Shown piece after piece: positions 42,266 through 51,157 of a DNA stretch of 64,000 bases. A model generated the notes under the pieces. The model searched no databases. It worked only from the letters and a program-made list of their open reading frames with translations, and was not told where the DNA came from. The position numbers were made by a program, and so were the translations under genes. Position 1 is the stretch's first letter. Every line of letters starts with the position of its first letter. This DNA is from an uncultured delta proteobacterium (GTDB taxonomy: Bacteria > Desulfobacterota > RBG-13-43-22), in assembly GCA_963743305.1 (NCBI GenBank), contig CAVUPH010000033.1:32001-96000 (forward strand), read 5' to 3'.

Positions 42266-43129
42266 TCAGGGAAGATTTTTTATGGTCAGGGATTTCAAGC
42301 AGGGGGCGGCACAGTTTTTAGCTCCGGTCCAGAACCCTTGGGGGTCGTAACGACGGATAATCGCCAATTCTTCCGAGGTAGGGGCCGGGCTGATAGTGAT
42401 CTTCGAGGCTGTTTTCAGCTTCCAACCGGTTTGCGCGATGACGGTTTCCGGGGAAATGCCGGGATGCACTTGGCCTAGATAGGCCTCGCGGGTAGTTGGA
42501 TCGAAACGCAAGACCCCTAAAGTGGTGATGACCGCCGAGGGGCCACCACGGACAAGTCCCTGGCGGTTGCGCCAATCTCCGCCGTCACCAAACCCGGACG
42601 AGGTGATATAACTGACTTTTTCCACAAAGCGGCGTTTCTCATGGGTCATGATAATCAACAGCTTGCGGGCCAACGAAGCGATATCCCCGCCGCCGCCGCT
42701 GCCGGGGAGGCGAATCGGGCCTTTCGGCCCGCCCACCTGGGTGGTGTTTAAATTGCCGAACTTATCCACCTCCGCTCCACCGATAAAGCCGATATCTACC
42801 CTCCCTTTTTGTAGAAAACCCATGACCGTCAACATATCGCAGCACATGGTGGCCTGGAAGATATTGGGGGGATCCCCCATGGTGACCATGGGGCCGGCGG
42901 CTGGGATTTCTCTGATGACGCCGTTTTCAAAAAGACCGATCGCTCTCGGGGCATGGGTTATTTTGGCCAAAATAAAGGCCAGCAAGGGCAGCCGCATACC
43001 GACGAAAACCACGTCCCCGTCACAGATTTCCCGAGCAGCGATGGTGACCATCAGCTCGGCGGGGGTGTAGTCCCGTGAGGCGCAAGGCGCAAGGCGCGAA
43101 GCGTTTGATTTAGGGGGATACATTCCCAT
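42266..43129 (-). CDS. Family I CoA-transferase beta subunit (GctB-like)
   Basis: VFVGMRLP, LFENG catalytic Glu, GGAEVDKFGNLNTT, RLPGSGG. Confidence 0.9.
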   Translation of the reverse strand: MGMYPPKSNASRLAPCASRDYTPAELMVTIAAREICDGDVVFVGMRLPLLAFILAKITHAPRAIGLFENGVIREIPAAGPMVTMGDPPNIFQATMCCDMLTVMGFLQKGRVDIGFIGGAEVDKFGNLNTTQVGGPKGPIRLPGSGGGGDIASLARKLLIIMTHEKRRFVEKVSYITSSGFGDGGDWRNRQGLVRGGPSAVITTLGVLRFDPTTREAYLGQVHPGISPETVIAQTGWKLKTASKITISPAPTSEELAIIRRYDPQGFWTGAKNCAAPCLKSLTIKNLP

Positions 43130-43134
43130 AAGTT

Positions 43135-43611
43135 TTAAGCAAAAGCTGGATGGCCGGGAACAGGTTTGATTTTATCCTGATGAACCGACATCAGGGTGAC
43201 CAGAGCCTTCGCGGCCAGGACTTCCCCAGCGGATCTCAGGTCAAAGACCTCGGATTCTCCCACCAGGATACGAATTCCTTCCCGGAGGATCCGGGATTTA
43301 CAAATCAAACCCTGCCCGTAAGCCGGCTGCAGGAAATTGATTTTAAATTCAATGGTCAAGATGCGGTGCACTTCATCCACCAGGCTGAAGGCGGCGTACC
43401 CGGCCGTATGGTCGGCCATGGCGGCCAGGACCCCCGCATGAATGTACTGATCCTGCTGGCGATGGCGGTCCAGTACCTGCAGCCGGGATTCCAGGTAGCC
43501 TCGGCGGTATTCCTGGACCCGGTAGCCCACATCTCCAATAAAGCCCCGGGAATAGTCCCGGGTCAAAAAATCCCGGCGCTCCGGCGAAAATTCTTTACTC
43601 GCTCCGGCCAT
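43135..43611 (-). CDS. PaaI family thioesterase
   Basis: HRQQDQYIHAGVLAAMADHTAG, TIEFKINFL hotdog-fold motifs; ATG 43611 chosen as start. Confidence 0.9.
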   Translation of the reverse strand: MAGASKEFSPERRDFLTRDYSRGFIGDVGYRVQEYRRGYLESRLQVLDRHRQQDQYIHAGVLAAMADHTAGYAAFSLVDEVHRILTIEFKINFLQPAYGQGLICKSRILREGIRILVGESEVFDLRSAGEVLAAKALVTLMSVHQDKIKPVPGHPAFA

Positions 43612-44422
43612 CGTTTTGTCCCAATAAGGTGAACCAGGTATGATCCGTTTCCCATTCCCCGAGCAGGGGAAAGCCCGGGTGGTCAAGCCGTCTTTTGATC
43701 TCGGTGTATTCGCTTCTCAGCAGCCCGGAAAGAACGACCCATTTTTTTTCGAAAAATGCCGGTTGCTCAATCAGTTCCCGGACGACCGTGAAATGCAAAT
43801 TGGCGAAGAGTAGATCGGCCTTCTGCTGGAGGTATTCCTCGGCCAGCCCTTCTTCCACCCGAATTCGGGAGGATAATCCGTTTAATTCAATGTTTTTCCG
43901 GGCGGTGGCCACGCAGGCCGGGTTCCAGTCGATCCCCAAGACTTCCCGGGACCCTAGCTTGACGGCGGCAATGGCCAGGATCCCGGTCCCCGTCCCCAGG
44001 TCCAGGACCATTTCGGGCGTTTCTCGGTCAAAGATCGAGAGCAGGGCCTTGAGGCAATCCCGGGTGGTGGGGTGCTGTCCGGAGCCGAAGACCACCCCGG
44101 GGTCGATAATCAGGGGAATCCGATCCCCGTCCTCCGGGACCGGGTGACCCAGGGGGATGATCCGCAGCCGGCCTATGGATAGCGGTTCCAAACTTTCCCC
44201 GGCCTGCCAGTCCCGGTAACTGATCTCGTGGGTCCGGACCCAGGAGAGGCCGGGGCGGTCGGTCAAAAAGGTCTGAAGTTCAGCCGCCGAGGGACGAGAG
44301 AAAAAGAGAAACGTGCTCTCCCCTTCCCGCCAGTGGGCGATCAGGTTGTTTTGAAAAAAGGATTCCGGCTGGGACACCGTCCCCGACAGTTCATAAATAT
44401 ACAGACGGTCTTCGGGGTTCAT
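43595..44422 (-). CDS. PrmA-like SAM-dependent methyltransferase
   Basis: DPGVVFGSGQHPTT, VLDLGTGTGIL, LSGLL. Confidence 0.88.
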   Translation of the reverse strand: MNPEDRLYIYELSGTVSQPESFFQNNLIAHWREGESTFLFFSRPSAAELQTFLTDRPGLSWVRTHEISYRDWQAGESLEPLSIGRLRIIPLGHPVPEDGDRIPLIIDPGVVFGSGQHPTTRDCLKALLSIFDRETPEMVLDLGTGTGILAIAAVKLGSREVLGIDWNPACVATARKNIELNGLSSRIRVEEGLAEEYLQQKADLLFANLHFTVVRELIEQPAFFEKKWVVLSGLLRSEYTEIKRRLDHPGFPLLGEWETDHTWFTLLGQNDGRSE

Positions 44423-44479
44423 GCTTGAATGACTTTTTGTGAAACCTTCCTGGTGATGGGCTCGTCCGACCCGAAGTCA

Positions 44480-44522
44480 AAACAACCCGGCCCCTGGAAT
44501 AAAGAGTTATTTCAGGGGCCGA
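44480..44522. terminator. Strong hairpin downstream of the thiolase/OB-fold pair
   Basis: CGGCCCCTGGAATAA-AGAG-TTATTTCAGGGGCCG. Confidence 0.5.
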
Positions 44523-44605
44523 AGTCTGAATCTTGCGCCGCGGCTACCCGCGGGCCTTTCGATCGCTGCGGCAGTCGGTGCAACCTGAGTGCCGCCCCAG
44601 AGAGG

Positions 44606-45106
44606 CTACTCTGCCGGGACCCAATAATAATCGAGTACGGTGTTCGTAGGTTTAGCGGTCCGGAACTCGGCCTTGACCTTCATTCCGATGAAGGGTTTCC
44701 CGTGTAAGAGATAGCTCTTGGGGATGGTCGCCAGTTCTGGGATTTCCACGTCGATCTGCCAGTAGGGGGTGGAAAGCTCTATCCCGATCCCGGCATAGAC
44801 CACTTCGGTAAAGGCATAGACCTGACCGATGACCGGATTGCGCAGGGCCTTCCATTTCATTTCCGTATGGCAGTCGGGACAGTGCGCCCGCGGGGGTATC
44901 CAGAGGCGGTTTTCGGTACATTGCTTATTGGGGCAAAAGGTGGCCATCAGTTTTCCTTCCGTCAGTCCCTTGAAGAAAGGGGATAGCATCCCATAGGTAT
45001 GTACATGGGTTAAGCTTCGGGGCCACTCAATAACCGTCTGGGGTTCGGTCTGCCGAATTTTAGTCGTCTGACCAATGAATTTGGTCTGCAGTTGTTTTTT
45101 AGCCAT
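44606..45106 (-). CDS. Zn-ribbon/OB-fold (DUF35) protein
   Basis: FFKGL.EGKLMAT.CPNKQC...PPRAHCPDC...GQVYAFT; ATG 45106 follows a GGAGG RBS. Confidence 0.9.
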   Translation of the reverse strand: MAKKQLQTKFIGQTTKIRQTEPQTVIEWPRSLTHVHTYGMLSPFFKGLTEGKLMATFCPNKQCTENRLWIPPRAHCPDCHTEMKWKALRNPVIGQVYAFTEVVYAGIGIELSTPYWQIDVEIPELATIPKSYLLHGKPFIGMKVKAEFRTAKPTNTVLDYYWVPAE

Positions 45107-45120
45107 GGTTTCTTCCTCCT

Positions 45121-46491
45121 TTACCAGCTCTTCCTGAGAATACCGACGGTCACATGCGATCCGACCCCTGCATGGGAGACCCAGAGGGCCTGCTTGCTTT
45201 TTTTCGGGATCTGCAGGCTCTTCCAGTCCCGGGGTTTGGTCTTGCCCCATTTTTTCCAGATCTTCGAGTCACCGTGAAACTGATCGTATTTTTGCTGCAA
45301 TTGCCAGAGGCACTCCACAGCCTGGAAGATGCCGGTGGCGCCCACGGCATGCATGGTCCCCAGCAATCCGCCGGACAAGTTGGAGGGACATTTCCCGCCG
45401 TAATAGGCGTCTCCCGATTCGATATACTCCTGTTCCTGGCCGTAAGGCCGGAGGCCGATATCGCCGTAGGTCTGAAGATCGCTGATGGTGAAGGCGTCAT
45501 GGAGTTCCACCAGATCCAATTCTTCCAGCGGGTCATGAATTCCGGCCATGCGATACGCTAAGTAAGCGGCAAAGCGAGCGGCCAGAAAACTCTCGAATCC
45601 CGGATAGCGGCTCCCTTCCTTCAGATAATTTTTATACATTCCCGGTTTTTCGTTGGGCAGCAGCGGGATTTCCATGTGGCGCCGGTCGGCCACCCGCAGG
45701 GTGTGGGAACCGCCGCAGATGAAGACCTCCACCGGGTGGTCGGTCAACTTGTAGGCCGTTTTTTCATCGCAGAGCAGGGCACAGGCCGAACCGACGCTCA
45801 TGGCGCAGCATTCCAGGAAGCGCAGGGGATAGGCCGACATGGGGCTGGCCAAGACCTCTTCCACGGTGTGCTTACCCGGTTGTTGCGCATAGGGGGAAGA
45901 GCAGGCATAGAGACGGTTTTTGACGGCGATCTTAGCCCGGGTGGTTTCCGATACATCGAAAGCCCAAGCAAAGCGGTTGGCCATGGCGGCATAATAAGCA
46001 GAATAGATGCGAGCCAGCCGGGTTTCAAAATCCTTGCAGGCGGCGGTAGCGATATAAAAATTTCCCGTCCGGGTATCGACTTCGTCCATCCGTTCCCAGC
46101 CGGCGGCCAGAGCCACGTCGGCATAGCCCGAGGCGACGGCCATGGCGGCGTTCAGGATGGTGGTTCCGCCGGTGGCCCCTCCGGTTTTGACTCCTACGTT
46201 AAACATAGGGTCCAGACCGAGATAATCATGAACCTTGGCCTCGCAGAGCAGTTGATCTTGGAAGTGATCGGCAAATTCGCCATAGGCGGCATAGTTGATC
46301 AGGCCCTTGACTTCCAGGGGGTCCATTTTAAGATTGTTATTTTCGAGCATTTGTTTGAAGGCCATCATGACCAGCTCTTCCAGTCTGTATTCCGGAAAAT
46401 ACTTTTTGTAGGCCGTCGTGCCCCCGGCGACCAAGAAGACCTTGCGATTCCATTTGGGAATCCTCAAATTACCCTTCTTGAATGTAATCAT
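45121..46491 (-). CDS. Thiolase-superfamily (SCP2-type) protein lacking the N-terminal nucleophilic Cys
   Basis: ELHDAF, NLSGGLLG.MHAVGATG; KTGGATGG occupies the usual xACASG position. Confidence 0.88.
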   Translation of the reverse strand: MITFKKGNLRIPKWNRKVFLVAGGTTAYKKYFPEYRLEELVMMAFKQMLENNNLKMDPLEVKGLINYAAYGEFADHFQDQLLCEAKVHDYLGLDPMFNVGVKTGGATGGTTILNAAMAVASGYADVALAAGWERMDEVDTRTGNFYIATAACKDFETRLARIYSAYYAAMANRFAWAFDVSETTRAKIAVKNRLYACSSPYAQQPGKHTVEEVLASPMSAYPLRFLECCAMSVGSACALLCDEKTAYKLTDHPVEVFICGGSHTLRVADRRHMEIPLLPNEKPGMYKNYLKEGSRYPGFESFLAARFAAYLAYRMAGIHDPLEELDLVELHDAFTISDLQTYGDIGLRPYGQEQEYIESGDAYYGGKCPSNLSGGLLGTMHAVGATGIFQAVECLWQLQQKYDQFHGDSKIWKKWGKTKPRDWKSLQIPKKSKQALWVSHAGVGSHVTVGILRKSW

Positions 46492-46538
46492 CCCCGATCC
46501 TCCTCCAATTTTAATCTTGTAACCCGAATAGAAGCTAC

Positions 46539-46566
46539 GTTATAATTGAAATTTGAACGCTGTCAA
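46539..46566 (-). promoter_or_regulatory. Sigma70-type promoter of the thiolase operon
   Basis: TTGACA-16 bp-TATAAC upstream of the GGAGG RBS. Confidence 0.65.
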
Positions 46567-46603
46567 GCAGAAAGTCGTCTTTAGACTTTTTGCGAGGTAA
46601 TCA

Positions 46604-47512
46604 TTGATCGCCTCTCTCCATCCCTGCATTCGTAAAGAGATTAATATCCTCTGCGCCGGCCGGTCCCTCACGGACCGGGAGAAAAAACGGCTTCAAAAAG
46701 CTCGGGCGGTTATCCTCCCCCAGGGAGTAACCGCCGAAGTTTACCGGGAGTGTCGCCGTCTGGTACCCCGGGTCTTTCCCAATTACGATCTGCGATTCGG
46801 TTTGGAAGGCAAAGTCGGCGACGCCCTTCTTTTTGAATATTTCCAGGTCCCCCATCCCCGAACCCTGGCCTTCGTCGACCGGGAATCGTTCCGTAAGGCC
46901 TTCCCTGACCCAGAATTGCCACCCGTCCTCCTTTCCGGCTATCCCCTGGTCATGAAAGGGAATGAAGGAGGGGAGGGGTCCCTGGTCTTTCGAATTGAAT
47001 CCAATCGGGACCTTGAGGACAAACTGGACCTATTGCGCGGTTCAGCAGTCCGGGATCAGGGGTTTGTCCTTCAGGAGTTTATTGACCATGGAGGGCGCGA
47101 TTTGCGGGTGGTGATTCTCTATGATCAACTGTTCGCCTATTGGCGGGTTCAGCCTGACCCCAGCCGGTTCCGGACTAATCAAAGGCAGGGCGGAACGATT
47201 GACCATGGTGGAGATTCAAGGCTGAGAGAGAAGGCCATAAAGTCGGTGGAACGGTTTTGCCGCCGTGCAGGGATTCAGGTGGCCGGAGTTGATATCCTCT
47301 TCAATCGGAAACGCGATCCGGACACTCCTTTATTTTTGGAAATAAATTATTACTTCGGAAGAAGGGGACTGGGCGGATCTTTGCTTTTTTATGAACTTTT
47401 CGAGCAGGCCGCGGATCGCTGGCTGGCCTCCGGGGAACCAGAGGAAAGGTCGGGGTTTAGTACGAAAATAGAAGGTTCGGCGGTTATTCCAACTCCTTTC
47501 AAATCCCCCTAA
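46604..47512 (+). CDS. ATP-grasp (RimK-like) protein
   Basis: PLVMKGNEGGEGSLV, VLQEFI...RDLRVV, AGVDIL, FLEIN. Confidence 0.85.
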   Translation: MIASLHPCIRKEINILCAGRSLTDREKKRLQKARAVILPQGVTAEVYRECRRLVPRVFPNYDLRFGLEGKVGDALLFEYFQVPHPRTLAFVDRESFRKAFPDPELPPVLLSGYPLVMKGNEGGEGSLVFRIESNRDLEDKLDLLRGSAVRDQGFVLQEFIDHGGRDLRVVILYDQLFAYWRVQPDPSRFRTNQRQGGTIDHGGDSRLREKAIKSVERFCRRAGIQVAGVDILFNRKRDPDTPLFLEINYYFGRRGLGGSLLFYELFEQAADRWLASGEPEERSGFSTKIEGSAVIPTPFKSP

Positions 47513-47627
47513 ATCCCCCTTTGTTAAAGGGGGACTTTAACTCCCCCCTTAGAAAAAGGGGGGCGGGGGGGGGGATTTTCATGCTTCGCGGGTGGCCCCT
47601 GAGCCATGTGGGTTTAGTACGAAAATA
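47453..47627 (+). repeat. C/G-run palindromic repeat family C, bracketed by an 18-bp direct repeat
   Basis: AAATCCCCCTAAATCCCCCTTT..AAAGGGGGAC...GGGGGATT; GGGTTTAGTACGAAAATA at 47453 and 47610; homologous to 54608-54761 on the minus strand. Confidence 0.88.
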
Positions 47628-47695
47628 AGACGAACATCGAATATCGAATTTAGTACGCCAATAAATTGTTGCTCGTTGCTGGTTAAAAAACTCTT

Positions 47696-47792
47696 GTCAT
47701 TGCGAGCGAAGCGAAGCAATCCCCCAGATAGACTTTTGTTGGCTGCCAAGCTTGGGTGGGGATTGCTTCGTCGCTTCACTCCTCGCAATGAC
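47696..47792. repeat. Palindromic repeat family B, second copy
   Basis: Arms nearly identical to 26786-26872, with a different central loop. Confidence 0.92.
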
Positions 47793-47947
47793 GCGGCCTT
47801 GAATTTTCATACTTCGCGGGGCCCGTTCCGGCCTTGGGGGTCTCGTTCGAAGCTAGGTTTTTTAATTTCCGGTGATTCAAGTTGTTTTTATCCCGCGGGT
47901 AAAGTAAGATTTGTACAATAGGTAAAAGGAGGTCGCCGTTAAACCCC

Positions 47948-48184
47948 ATGTGCTTAGCTATACCGATGGAAGTCAAAGAGATCAGAGAGAACTGGGCCCT
48001 GGTGGAATATGAGGGGACCCGCCGGGAGGTTCGGCTGGATATTGTGGACCAGCGACCGGAGGTGGGGGATTATGTGATCATTCATGCCGGGTTCGCCCTG
48101 CACCGGATTGACGAGGACGAAGCCAAAATCAGTTTAGCCTACTGGAAGGAAATCCTGGCCCATGCCCCTGAAGCATTTGAGTGA
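47948..48184 (+). CDS. hypC: Hydrogenase maturation chaperone HypC
   Basis: MCLAIP, GDYVIIHAGFA. Confidence 0.97.
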   Translation: MCLAIPMEVKEIRENWALVEYEGTRREVRLDIVDQRPEVGDYVIIHAGFALHRIDEDEAKISLAYWKEILAHAPEAFE

Positions 48185-49250
48185 ATACCGGGATAAAGAC
48201 CTGGCTCAGAAACTGATCGCCGCCATCCGGTCCGAATCCCGCAAACCGGCCCGTTTGATGGAGGTCTGCGGCACCCATACGGTTGCCATCTTCCGGCACG
48301 GCATCCGGCAATTACTGCCGCCGTCGATTCAACTTATTTCCGGCCCCGGCTGTCCGGTCTGTGTGACCGCCACCGAGGATATTGATCAGGCGATCAAGTT
48401 GGCGCGATTCCCGGAAGTGACGGTGACCTCCTTCGGTGACCTGCTCCGGGTCCCGGGTTCGAATTCCTCCCTGCAGCAGGAAAGGGCTGTCGGGGCCGAT
48501 GTCCGCATCGTTTATTCCACCTTTGACGCCCTGAAATTGGCCCAGGAAAACCCGGCGAAGAAGGTTGTTTTTCTGGCCATCGGTTTTGAAACCACGGCGC
48601 CCACCATTGCCGCCGCGGTGGCCGAAGCGGAGCGGTTGGACCTGAAGAATTTTTATATCCTGGCCGCGCACAAACTGCTCCCTCCGGCCTTGGGGGCCCT
48701 GCTGGGCCTGGGGGAGCTGAACCTCCAGGGGTTCATTTATCCGGGGCATGTGACGACCATTATCGGCACGGAAGCTTATGAAGGAGTGGCCCGGGAGTAT
48801 GGGATCCCCGGGGTGGTCTGCGGGTTTGAACCGGTGGATATCCTGGAGACGATCCTGATGCTGGTTCAACAGATCGAAAAGAATGAGGCTCGGGTGGAGA
48901 TCCAGTATAAGCGGGGGGCCACGGCCCAGGGAAATCCGAAGGCCAGGGAACTGTTGAATCAGGTTTTCGAACCCTGTTCGGCCATCTGGAGGGGCTTGGG
49001 CCCTATCCCGGAAAGCGGCCTGACCCTGAAACCGGCCTATCGTCGGTTTGCCGCCGAAGACGTTTTCGATCTGCAAGTCCCCCCGGCCAAGGACCATCCC
49101 GGGTGCGGCTGCGGGGAAGTGCTTCGCGGCATGATAACGCCCCTGGAATGCCCGCTCTTTCGAAAAGCCTGCACCCCTGAATCCCCCATCGGCCCCTGCA
49201 TGGTCTCCACCGAAGGCACCTGCGCCGCCTACTTCAAATACCACCAGTAA
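48162..49250 (+). CDS. hypD: Hydrogenase maturation protein HypD
   Basis: MEVCGTHT, GPGCPVCV, GFETTAP, PGHV, GPCMVS.EGTCAA. Confidence 0.98.
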   Translation: MPLKHLSEYRDKDLAQKLIAAIRSESRKPARLMEVCGTHTVAIFRHGIRQLLPPSIQLISGPGCPVCVTATEDIDQAIKLARFPEVTVTSFGDLLRVPGSNSSLQQERAVGADVRIVYSTFDALKLAQENPAKKVVFLAIGFETTAPTIAAAVAEAERLDLKNFYILAAHKLLPPALGALLGLGELNLQGFIYPGHVTTIIGTEAYEGVAREYGIPGVVCGFEPVDILETILMLVQQIEKNEARVEIQYKRGATAQGNPKARELLNQVFEPCSAIWRGLGPIPESGLTLKPAYRRFAAEDVFDLQVPPAKDHPGCGCGEVLRGMITPLECPLFRKACTPESPIGPCMVSTEGTCAAYFKYHQ

Positions 49251-49278
49251 AATCCTCCAACATCCTGGAGGAACGGGT

Positions 49279-50052
49279 TTATTTCGGCAGTTTGGTGATG
49301 AAGGCCTCAATGGCCTGGTTGACTTCCTTCGGCCTTTCCAGCATGACCAGATGCCCGGCAGAGGGGATTACCACCAGGCGGGAAGAGGGGATTTTTTGGT
49401 TTAAGCTTTGGGAAAAGGACGGGGGGGTCATTTTGTCCTCTTGACCGACGATGATCAGGGCGGGTAGGGTGATGGTTGAAATGTTTTCCGAGCGGTCGAA
49501 ACGGTTGCAGGCTATGAAATCATTGGTGATGATGGGGATAGACGTCTGTTTGAGGATCTGAAGCGACTGTTGAATCAGCAGGGGATCGGTGTTTATGGGG
49601 AGACACCACCGGTTGATTAGGGCCAGGGTCTGATCCGGATCGGTTAGCAGGCCCTCCAGGATCTTGGGGGAGACATTAAGTTCTTCCCCGGTGGCGATCA
49701 GGATGAGCCCGGCTAAAGGCAGGGAAGAACGAAGGGCCAATTCCTGGCCGATGGCGCCCCCCATGGAATGACCGCCCAGGACATAAGAAGGGATCGGTAA
49801 ATTGGACAACGCCTTTTCCACCCAGTTCGCATAAGCGCTGATAGTATCCTGCCCTGGTCCGAAAGTGCCGCCATGGCCCGGAAGATCGAAGGCCAGGACA
49901 TTCATTGTCCGGTCAAGATGGCGAAGCTGATGGAGAAAGGCCTGAGAGCTGCTTCCGGCCCCATGGAGCAGTACCAAGGTAGGTCGGTCCGCTAAAATTC
50001 CCTTTTCTCCGATTTTATAGCCAATATCAGGAGCCAAACCAAATTTATTCAT
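49279..50052 (-). CDS. Alpha/beta hydrolase
   Basis: LLHGAG, DLPGHG, GHSMGG nucleophile elbow, AGHLVMLE. Confidence 0.94.
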   Translation of the reverse strand: MNKFGLAPDIGYKIGEKGILADRPTLVLLHGAGSSSQAFLHQLRHLDRTMNVLAFDLPGHGGTFGPGQDTISAYANWVEKALSNLPIPSYVLGGHSMGGAIGQELALRSSLPLAGLILIATGEELNVSPKILEGLLTDPDQTLALINRWCLPINTDPLLIQQSLQILKQTSIPIITNDFIACNRFDRSENISTITLPALIIVGQEDKMTPPSFSQSLNQKIPSSRLVVIPSAGHLVMLERPKEVNQAIEAFITKLPK

Positions 50053-50155
50053 AGGGCGTTGGAAAAAAAGCGAAGGGCAAACCGGAAGCGTGGCGGCAGG
50101 TCGCCGCCACGCAGTCTGAGTGAGTTTGCGGCAAAAAAAACTTAATGGCCATCAA

Positions 50156-51142
50156 TTAAGATAGGATCTTTTTAAATTCCTCTTTTAACACCGGAACGAT
50201 CTCGAAAAGGTCCCCCACAATCCCGTAATCCGCCTTCTGGAAGATGGGAGCATCCGGGTCCTTGTTGATGGCCACGATGATTTTGGAGGAGCCCATGCCG
50301 GCCAGGTGCTGGATGGCTCCGGAGATGCCGCAGGCGATGTACATGTTGGGGCAGACCACCTTCCCGGTCTGGCCCACCTGATCGGTGTGAGGCCGCCAGC
50401 CGGCATCGACTGCCGAACGGGAAGCGCCGACACTGGCTCCAATAACGCCGGCCAGTTCCTCCAGGACCTGGAAGTTTTCCTCCGCCTTCATGCCCCGACC
50501 GCCGGAGACGATAAAGGTAGCCTCGGTCAGGTCGACCTTGCCGCTGGCATCGGCCAATGATTCAACCAAGGTCGTGCGTAAATCATCCGGCTTCAGCTCG
50601 ACCGGAACGGCGACGATCTCGGCCTGACGGCCGGGGTCCGGCTCCGCCACGGCCAGGACATTGGGCCGGGCCGCGGCCATCTGAGGCCGGGCGGTTTCAC
50701 AGGCCACGTCGGCATATACCTTGCCGGCATACAGAGGCCGTTTGGCGATCAACAGGCCGTTTTCCAGACGGAAGGACACGCAGTCCTGAGCCATTCCGGT
50801 CTCCAGACGAGCGGCCAGTTTGGCGGCCAGCTCTTTTCCCTGGGCGCTGGCGCCCAGGAGGACGATATCGGGCTCTTGTTTCTTGATCAAATCGGCCAGA
50901 ACAGCCGTATGGGCCTCCGGGGTATAGTCGGCCAAGGCCGGATCATCGACAACATAAAGGGTGTCGGGCCCATAGGGGATCAACTTCTTGGCCTCTTCTC
51001 CGATCTGAGAGCCGACGACGACGGCCGCCAAAGGCTGGCCCGACTGATCGGCCAACCGACGACCCTCGCTGGCTAATTCATACGATATCTTGCGCAGGGT
51101 TCCCCCGCGTTGTTCGGCTATAATCCAAATTCCGTTTGCCAT
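50156..51142 (-). CDS. etfA: Electron transfer flavoprotein alpha subunit
   Basis: [37 protein letters not shown]. Confidence 0.98.
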   Translation of the reverse strand: MANGIWIIAEQRGGTLRKISYELASEGRRLADQSGQPLAAVVVGSQIGEEAKKLIPYGPDTLYVVDDPALADYTPEAHTAVLADLIKKQEPDIVLLGASAQGKELAAKLAARLETGMAQDCVSFRLENGLLIAKRPLYAGKVYADVACETARPQMAAARPNVLAVAEPDPGRQAEIVAVPVELKPDDLRTTLVESLADASGKVDLTEATFIVSGGRGMKAEENFQVLEELAGVIGASVGASRSAVDAGWRPHTDQVGQTGKVVCPNMYIACGISGAIQHLAGMGSSKIIVAINKDPDAPIFQKADYGIVGDLFEIVPVLKEEFKKILS

Positions 51143-51157
51143 GGTTTCTTCTCCTTG

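Noticed and set aside
47453-47660. Possible mini-CRISPR from repeated TTTAGTACG units
   Set aside because: Only 2-3 short units with irregular spacing and no cas genes.
47948-49250. hypCD without hypE or hydrogenase genes
   Set aside because: Dispersed hyp genes are common and nothing unusual is visible in the sequence.
48312-49310. Long antisense ORFs (e.g. 48312-49310, 45676-46545, 31351-32169, 24666-25463)
   Set aside because: They are shadows of well-supported genes on the opposite strand in GC-rich DNA and have no recognisable motifs.
50088-50112. GCGTGGCGGC...GCCGCCACGC hairpin as another family A copy
   Set aside because: It lacks the family A flanks and more likely acts as the etfA terminator.
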